DNA of 64,000 nt from Auanema rhodensis (lineage: Eukaryota; Animalia; Nematoda), in NCBI GenBank assembly GCA_964057225.1, contig OZ059899.1, positions 3,038,001 to 3,102,000 of the forward strand, read 5' to 3'. A program made the position numbers and the translations under genes. Below the pieces are notes generated by a model. The model saw nothing but the letters and a program-made list of their open reading frames with translations, was not told the DNA's origin and did not search any database. The stretch's first letter is position 1, and every line of letters starts with the position of its first letter. Below, piece after piece: positions 54,901-64,000 of the stretch.

Positions 54901-57900
54901 CTCAACATACACTAATGCATCATTTTTCAAACGATCATAACTAATTTTTGTATTAAGCGTTTCTCAATGTAGTATAGTGCATTCGATGCGGATTTTTAAG
55001 CTGCGTCGATCTGTGTTATCAGATTTGCGCTAGCTTAAAAATGTACCGAGATATCAACTGATATAAGTTCACACTTATATCCTCGATTTTCACCCTGAAG
55101 AATTAATTTTTTCGTTAAATAACATTGTCCATCGTCTTTGCCTTGAAAAAAGGAATCTAAAAACATCTACTTTTTGCTAAATTATCTTGAAATTTTTCGA
55201 AAAAATTTTTGTCAAAATGTTTTTGGAAGCAATGTTGAGTGTACATGGAAACTCAACATACACTAATGCATCATTTTTCAAACGATCATAACTAATTTTT
55301 GTATTAAGCGTTTCTCAATGTAGTATAGTGCATTCGATGCGGATTTTTAAGCTGCGTCGATCTGTGTTATCAGATTTGCGCTAGCTTAAAAATGCACCGA
55401 GATATCAACTGATATAAGTTTACACTTATATCCTCGATTTTCACCCTGAAGAATTAATTTTTTCGTTGAATAACATTGTCCATCGTCTTTGCCTTGAAAA
55501 AAGGAATCTAAAAACATCTACTTTTTGCTAAATTATTTTGAAATTTTTCGAAAAAATTTTTGTCAAAATGTTTTTGGAAGCAATGTTGAGTGTAAATGGA
55601 AACTCAACATACACTAATGCATCATTTTTCAAACGATCATAACTAATTTTTGTATTAAGCGTTTCTCAATGTAGTATAGTGCATTCGATGCGGATTTTTA
55701 AGCTGCGTCGATCAGTGTTATCAGATTTGCGCTAGCTTAAAAATGCACCGAGATATCAACTGATATAAGTTCACACTTATATCCTCGATTTTCACCCTGA
55801 AGAATTAATTTTTTCGTTGAATAACATTGTCCATCGTCTTTGCCTTGAAAAATGGAATCTAAAAACATCTACTTTTTGCTAAATTATTTTGAAATTTTTC
55901 GAAAAAATTTTTGTCAAAATGTTTTTGGAAGCAATGTTGAGTGTACATGGAAACTCAACATACACTAATGCATCATTTTTCAAACGATCATAACTAATTT
56001 TTGTATTAAGCGTTTCTCAATGTAGTATAGTGCATTCGATGCGGATTTTTAAGCTGCGTCGATCTGTGTTATCAGATTTGCGCTAGCTTAAAAATGTACC
56101 GAGATATCAACTGATATAAGTTCACACTTATATCCTCGATTTTCACCCTGAAGAATTAATTTTTTCGTTAAATAACATTGTCCATCGTCTTTGCCTTGAA
56201 AAAAGGAATCTAAAAACATCTACTTTTTGCTAAATTATCTTGAAATTTTTCGAAAAAATTTTTGTCAAAATGTTTTTGGAAGCAATGTTGAGTGTACATG
56301 GAAACTCAACATACACTAATGCATCATTTTTCAAACGATCATAACTAATTTTTGTATTAAGCGTTTCTCAATGTAGTATAGTGCATTCGATGCGGATTTT
56401 TAAGCTGCGTCGATCTGTGTTATCAGATTTGCGCTAGCTTAAAAATGCACCGAGATATCAACTGATATAAGTTTACACTTATATCCTCGATTTTCACCCT
56501 GAAGAATTAATTTTTTCGTTGAATAACATTGTCCATCGTCTTTGCCTTGAAAAAAGGAATCTAAAAACATCTACTTTTTGCTAAATTATTTTGAAATTTT
56601 TCGAAAAAATTTTTGTCAAAATGTTTTTGGAAGCAATGTTGAGTGTAAATGGAAACTCAACATACACTAATGCATCATTTTTCAAACGATCATAACTAAT
56701 TTTTGTATTAAGCGTTTCTCAATGTAGTATAGTGCATTCGATGCGGATTTTTAAGCTGCGTCGATCTGTGTTATCAAATTTGCGCTAGCTTAAAAATGTA
56801 CCGAGATATCAACTGATATAAGTTCACACTTATATCCTCGATTTTCACCCTGAAGAATTAATTTTTTCGTTGAATAACATTGTCCATCGTCTTTGCCTTG
56901 AAAAAAGGAATCTAAAAACATCTACTTTTTGCTAAATTATTTTGAAATTTTTCGAAAAAATTTTTGTCAAAATGTTTTTGGAAGCAATGTTGAGTGTACA
57001 TGGAAACTCAACATACACTAATGCATCATTTTTCAAACGATCATAACTAATTTTTGTATTAAGCGTTTCTCAATGTAGTATAGTGCATTCGATGCGGATT
57101 TTTAAGCTGCGTCGATCTGTGTTATCAGATTTGCGCTAGCTTAAAAATGCACCGAGATATCAACTGATATAAGTTTACACTTATATCCTCGATTTTCACC
57201 CTGAAGAAATAATTTTTTCGTTGAATAACATTGTCCATCGTCTTTGCCTTGAAAAAAGGAATCTAAAAACATCTACTTTTTGCTAAATTATTTTGAAATT
57301 TTTCGAAAAAATTTTTGTCAAAATGTTTTTGGAAGCAATGTTGAGTGTACATGGAAACTAAACATACACTAATGCATCATTTTTCAAACGATCATAACTA
57401 ATTTTTGTATTAAGCGTTTCTCAATGTAGTATAGTGCATTCGATGCGGATTTTTAAGCTGCGTCGATCTGTGTTATCAGATTTGCGCTAGCTTAAAAATG
57501 TACCGAGATATCAACTGATATAAGTTCACACTTATATCCTCGATTTTCACCCTGAAGAATTAATTTTTTCGTTAAATAACATTGTCCATCGTCTTTGCCT
57601 TGAAAAAAGGAATCTAAAAACATCTACTTTTTGCTAAATTATTTTGAAATTTTTCGAAAAAATTTTTGTCAAAATGTTTTTGGAAGCAATGTTGAGTGTA
57701 CATGGAAACTCAACATACACTAATGCATCATTTTTCAAACGATCATAACTAATTTTTGTATTAAGCGTTCTTCCATGTAGTATAGTGCATTCGATGCGGA
57801 TTTTTAAGCTGCATCGATCTGTGTTATCAGATTTGCGCTAGCTTAAAAATGTACCGAGATATCAACTGATATAAGTTCACACTTATATCCTCGATTTTCA

Positions 57901-60900
57901 CCCTGAAGAATTAATTTTTTCGTTGAATAACATTGTCCATCGTCTTTGCCTTAAAAAAAAGAATCTAAAAACATCTACTTTTTGCTAAATTATTTTGAAA
58001 TTTTTCGAAAAAATTTTTGTCAAAATGTTTTTGGAAGCAATGTTGAGTGTACATGGAAACTCAACATACACTAATGCATCATTTTTCAAACGATCATAAC
58101 TAATTTTTGTATTAAGCGTTTCTCAATGTAGTATAGTGCATTCGATGCGGATTTTTAAGCTGCGTCGATCTGTGTTATCAGATTTGCGCTAGCTTAAAAA
58201 TGCACCGAGATATCAACTGATATAAGTTTACACTTATATCCTCGATTTTCACCCTGAAGAATTAATTTTTTCGTTGAATAACATTGTCCATCGTCTTTGC
58301 CTTGAAAAAAGGAATCTAAAAACATCTACTTTTTGCTAAATTATTTTGAAATTTTTCGAAAAAATTTTTGTCAAAATGTTTTTGGAAGCAATGTTGAGTG
58401 TAAATGGAAACTCAACATACACTAATGCATCATTTTTCAAACGATCATAACTAATTTTTGTATTAAGCGTTTCTCAATGTAGTATAGTGCATTCGATGCG
58501 GATTTTTAAGCTGCGTCGATCTGTGTTATCAAATTTGCGTTAGCTTAAAAATGTACCGAGATATCAACTGATATAAGTTCACACTTATATCCTCGATTTT
58601 CACCCTGAAGAATTAATTTTTTCGTTGAATAACATTGTCCATCGTCTTTGCCTTGAAAAAAGGAATCTAAAAACATCTACTTTTTGCTAAATTATTTTGA
58701 AATTTTTCGAAAAAATTTTTGTCAAAATGTTTTTGGAAGCAATGTTGAGTGTACATGGAAACTCAACATACACTAATGCATCATTTTTCAAACGATCATA
58801 ACTAATTTTTGTATTAAGCGTTTCTCAATGTAGTATAGTGCATTCGATGCGGATTTTTAAGCTGCGTCGATCTGTGTTATCAGATTTGCGCTAGCTTAAA
58901 AATGTACCGAGATATCAACTGATATAAGTTCACACTTATATCCTCGATTTTCACCCTGAAGAATTAATTTTTTCGTTAAATAACATTGTCCATCGTCTTT
59001 GCCTTGAAAAAAGGAATCTAAAAACATCTACTTTTTGCTAAATTATTTTGAAATTTTTCGAAAAAATTTTTGTCAAAATGTTTTTGGAAGCAATGTTGAG
59101 TGTACATGGAAACTCAACATACACTAATGCATCATTTTTCAAACGATCATAACTAATTTTTGTATTAAGCGTTCTTCCATGTAGTATAGTGCATTCGATG
59201 CGGATTTTTAAGCTGCATCGATCTGTGTTATCAGATTTGCGCTAGCTTAAAAATGTACCGAGATATCAACTGATATAAGTTCACACTTATATCCTCGATT
59301 TTCACCCTGAAGAATTAATTTTTTCGTTGAATAACATTGTCCATCGTCTTTGCCTTAAAAAAAAGAATCTAAAAACATCTACTTTTTGCTAAATTATTTT
59401 GAAATTTTTCGAAAAAATTTTTGTCAAAATGTTTTTGGAAGCAATGTTGAGTGTACATGGAAACTCAACATACACTAATGCATCATTTTTCAAACGATCA
59501 TAACTAATTTTTGTATCAAGTGTTTCTCAATGTAGTATAGTGCATTCGATGCGGATTTTTAAGCTGCGTCGATCTGTGTTATCAGATTTGCGCTAGCTTA
59601 AAAATGCACCGAGATATCAACTGATATAAGTTCACACATATATACCCGATTTTCACCCTGAAGAATTAATTTTTTCGTTAAATAACCTTGTCCATCGTTT
59701 TTGTCTTAAAAAATAGAATCATAAAACATCTACTTTTTGCTAAATTATTTTGAAATTTTTCGAAAAAATTTTTGTCAAAATGTTTTTGGAAGCAATGTTG
59801 AGTGTACATGGAAACTCAACATACACTAATGCATCATTTTTCAAACGATCATAACTAATTTTTGTATTAAGCGTTTCTCAATGTAGTATAGTGCATTCGA
59901 TGCGGATTTTCAAGCTGCGTCGATCTGTGTTATCAGATTTGCGCTAGCTTAAAAATGCACCGAGATATCAACTGATATAAGTTCACACATATATACCCGA
60001 TTTTCACCCTGAAGAATTAATTTTTTCGTTAAATAACCTTGTCCATCGTTTTTGTCTTAAAAAATAGAATCTAAAAACATCTACTTTTTGCTAAGTTATT
60101 TTGAAATTTTTCGAAAAAATTTTTGTCAAAATGTTTTTGGAAGCAATGTTGAGTGTACATGGAAACTCAACATACACTAATGCATCATTTTTCAAACGAT
60201 CATAACTAATTTTTGTATCAAGTGTTTCTCAATGTAGTATAGTGCATTCGATGCGGATTTTTAAGCTGCGTCGATCTGTGTTATCAAATTTGCGTTAGCT
60301 TAAAAATGTACCGAGATATCAACTGATATAAGTTCACACTTATATCCTCGATTTTCACCCTGAAGAATTAATTTTTTCGTTGAATAACATTGTCCATCGT
60401 CTTTGCCTTGAAAAAAGGAATCTAAAAACATCTACTTTTTGCTAAATTATTTTGAAATTTTTCGAAAAAATTTTTGTCAAAATGTTTTTGGAAGCAATGT
60501 TGAGTGTACATGGAAACTCAACATACACTAATGCATCATTTTTCAAACGATCATAACTAATTTTTGTATTAAGCGTTTCTCAATGTAGTATAGTGCATTC
60601 GATGCGGATTTTTAAGCTGCGTCGATCTGTGTTATCAGATTTGCGCTAGCTTAAAAATGCACCGAGATATCAACTGATATAAGTTTACACTTATATCCTC
60701 GATTTTCACCCTGAAGAAATAATTTTTTCGTTGAATAACATTGTCCATCGTCTTTGCCTTGAAAAAAGGAATCTAAAAACATCTACTTTTTGCTAAATTA
60801 TTTTGAAATTTTTCGAAAAAATTTTTGTCAAAATGTTTTTGGAAGCAATGTTGAGTGTACATGGAAACTAAACATACACTAATGCATCATTTTTCAAACG

Positions 60901-63900
60901 ATCATAACTAATTTTTGTATTAAGCGTTTCTCAATGTAGTATAGTGCATTCGATGCGGATTTTTAAGCTGCGTCGATCTGTGTTATCAGATTTGCGCTAG
61001 CTTAAAAATGTACCGAGATATCAACTGATATAAGTTCACACTTATATCCTCGATTTTCACCCTGAAGAATTAATTTTTTCGTTAAATAACATTGTCCATC
61101 GTCTTTGCCTTGAAAAAAGGAATCTAAAAACATCTACTTTTTGCTAAATTATTTTGAAATTTTTCGAAAAAATTTTTGTCAAAATGTTTTTGGAAGCAAT
61201 GTTGAGTGTACATGGAAACTCAACATACACTAATGCATCATTTTTCAAACGATCATAACTAATTTTTGTATTAAGCGTTCTTCTATGTAGTATAGTGCAT
61301 TCGATGCGGATTTTTAAGCTGCATCGATCTGTGTTATCAGATTTGCGCTAGCTTAAAAATGTACCGAGATATCAACTGATATAAGTTCACACTTATATCC
61401 TCGATTTTCACCCTGAAGAATTAATTTTTTCGTTGAATAACATTGTCCATCGTCTTTGCCTTAAAAAAAAGAATCTAAAAACATCTACTTTTTGCTAAAT
61501 TATTTTGAAATTTTTCGAAAAAATTTTTGTCAAAATGTTTTTGGAAGCAATGTTGAGTGTACATGGAAACTCAACATACACTAATGCATCATTTTTCAAA
61601 CGATCATAACTAATTTTTGTATTAAGCGTTTCTCAATGTAGTATAGTGCATTCGATGCGGATTTTTAAGCTGCGTCGATCTGTGTTATCAGATTTGCGCT
61701 AGCTTAAAAATGTACCGAGATATCAACTGATATAAGTTCACACTTATATCCTCGATTTTCACCCTGAAGAATTAATTTTTTCGTTAAATAACATTGTCCA
61801 TCGTCTTTGCCTTGAAAAAAGGAATCTAAAAACATCTACTTTTTGCTAAATTATTTTGAAATTTTTCGAAAAAATTTTTGTCAAAATGTTTTTGGAAGCA
61901 ATGTTGAGTGTACATGGAAACTCAACATACACTAATGCATCATTTTTCAAACGATCATAACTAATTTTTGTATTAAGCGTTTCTCAATGTAGTATAGTGC
62001 ATTCGATGCGGATTTTTAAGCTGCGTCGATCTGTGTTATCAGATTTGCGCTAGCTTAAAAATGCACCGAGATATCAACTGATATAAGTTTACACTTATAT
62101 CCTCGATTTTCACCCTGAAGAATTAATTTTTTCGTTGAATAACATTGTCCATCGTCTTTGCCTTGAAAAAAGGAATCTAAAAACATCTACTTTTTGCTAA
62201 ATTATTTTGAAATTTTTCGAAAAAATTTTTGTCAAAATGTTTTTGGAAGCAATGTTGAGTGTACATGGAAACTCAACATACACTAATGCATCATTTTTCA
62301 AACGATCATAACTAATTTTTGTATTAAGCGTTCTTCCATGTAGTATAGTGCATTCGATGCGGATTTTTAAGCTGCGTCGATCTGTGTTATCAGATTTGCG
62401 CTAGCTTAAAAATGTACCGAGATATCAACTGATATAAGTTCACACTTATATCCTCGATTTTCACCCTGAAGAATTAATTTTTTCGTTGAATAACATTGTC
62501 CATCGTCTTTGCCTTAAAAAAAGGAATCTAAAAACATCTACTTTTTGCTAAATTATTTTGAAATTTTTCGAAAAAATTTTTGTCAAAATGTTTTTGGAAG
62601 CAATGTTGAGTGTACATGGAAACTCAACATACACTAATGCATCATTTTTCGAACGATCATAACTAATTTTTGTATTAAGCGTTTCTCAATGTAGTATAGT
62701 GCATTCGATGCGGATTTTTAAGCTACGTCGATCTGTGTTATCATATTTGCGCTAGCTTAAAAATGCACCGAGATATCAACTGATATAAGTTTACACTTAT
62801 ATCCTCGATTTTCACCCTGAAGAATTAATTTTTTCGTTGAATAACATTGTCCATCGTCTTTGCCTTGAAAAAAGGAATCTAAAAACATCTACTTTTTGCT
62901 AAATTATTTTGAAATTTTTCGAAAAAATTTTTGTCAAAATGTTTTTGGAAGCAATGTTGAGTGTACATGGAAACTCAACATACACTAATGCATCATTTTT
63001 CAAACGATCATAACTAATTTTTGTATCAAGCGTTTTTCAATGTAGTATAGTGCATTCGATGCGGATTTTTAAGCTGCGTCGATCTGTGTTATCAGATTTG
63101 CGCTAGCTTAAAAATGCACCGAGATATCAACTGATATAAGTTTACACTTATATCCTCGATTTTCACCCTGAAGAATTAATTTTTTCGTTGAATAACATTG
63201 TCCATCGTCTTTGCCTTGAAAAAAGGAATCTAAAAACATCTACTTTTTGCTAAATTATTTTGAAATTTTTCGAAAAAATTTTTGTCAAAATGTTTTTGGA
63301 AGCAATGTTGAGTGTAAATGGAAACTCAACATACACTAATGCATCATTTTTCAAACGATCATAACTAATTTTTGTATTAAGCGTTTCTCAATGTAGTATA
63401 GTGCATTCGATGCGGATTTTTAAGCTGCGTCGATCTGTGTTATCAAATTTGCGCTAGCTTAAAAATGTACCGAGATATCAACTGATATAAGTTCACACTT
63501 ATATCCTCGATTTTCACCCTGAAGAATTAATTTTTTCGTTAAATAACATTGTCCATCGTCTTTGCCTTGAAAAAAGGAATCTAAAAACATCTACTTTTTG
63601 CTAAATTATTTTGAAATTTTTCGAAAAAATTTTTGTCAAAATGTTTTTGGAAGCAATGTTGAGTGTACATGGAAACTCAACATACACTAATGCATCATTT
63701 TTCAAACGATCATAACTAATTTTTGTATTAAGCGTTCTTCCATGTAGTATAGTGCATTCGATGCGGATTTTTAAGCTGCGTCGATCTGTGTTATCAGATT
63801 TGCGCTAGCTTAAAAATGTACCGAGATATCAACTGATATAAGTTCACACTTATATCCTCGATTTTCACCCTGAAGAATTAATTTTTTCGTTGAATAACAT

Positions 63901-64000
63901 TGTCCATCGTCTTTGCCTTAAAAAAAGGAATCTAAAAACATCTACTTTTTGCTAAATTATTTTGAAATTTTTCGAAAAAATTTTTGTCAAAATGTTTTTG
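45971..64000 (+). repeat. Sub-family domain C (monomers 132-183)
   Basis: Alleles cgttAaata, aatgTaccg, gcgttCTTCcatg, ccttAaaaaaaAg, gtgtaAatgg, aactAaaca, gctgcAtcg and atcaAattt; agttTacac is common. Confidence 0.8.
46322..48427 (+). repeat. 3-mer tandem duplication (1053 bp x2)
   Basis: agtttaaac (~46642, ~47695), ggaatttaaa with ttcttctatg, and aacatggtcc (~47048, ~48101) each recur with a 1053-bp offset. Confidence 0.85.

Larger units (their letters stand above)
1..64000. repeat. Tandem satellite DNA array, 351-bp monomer, 182 full copies + 129-bp partial, single orientation; both ends run beyond the window
   Basis: The motif gaagaa(a/t)taattttttcgttgaataacattgtccatcg recurs at 1, 352, 703, 1054 ... 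63521, 63872. The 351-bp register changes only at five monomers: -1 bp near 1845; +1 bp near 23045, 26556 and 31822; -13 bp at 43978/43979. No unique intervening sequence was seen. Confidence 0.99.

Noticed and set aside
1-64000. CRISPR array or other repeat-spacer system
   Set aside because: There are no unique spacers: the entire 351 bp repeats. No cas or other genes are present.

Overview
The whole 64-kb window is one uninterrupted, head-to-tail tandem array of an AT-rich (~32% GC by hand count) 351-bp satellite monomer: 182 full copies plus a 129-bp partial copy, all in one orientation, most differing from the consensus by only a few substitutions. I found no genes, RNA genes, CRISPR spacers, transposon insertions or inversions. 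This is most consistent with eukaryotic, probably invertebrate, (peri)centromeric or heterochromatic satellite DNA; I do not recognise the family. The informative structure is at two scales. (i) The monomer is built largely from nested inverted repeats and A/T tracts. (ii) Diagnostic SNPs divide the array into three sequential sub-family domains (A 1-19.3 kb, B 19.3-46.0 kb, C 46.0-64 kb), each with its own irregular higher-order repeats (2-, 3-, 4-, 6-, 10- and 13/15-mers). Short patches of foreign alleles occur within domains, including a divergent ~2-monomer island at 59.5-60.2 kb. All variant calls were made by eye and should be confirmed by alignment. The single listed ORF is a chance product of a recombinant monomer. 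I see no evidence for a new protein-coding system.
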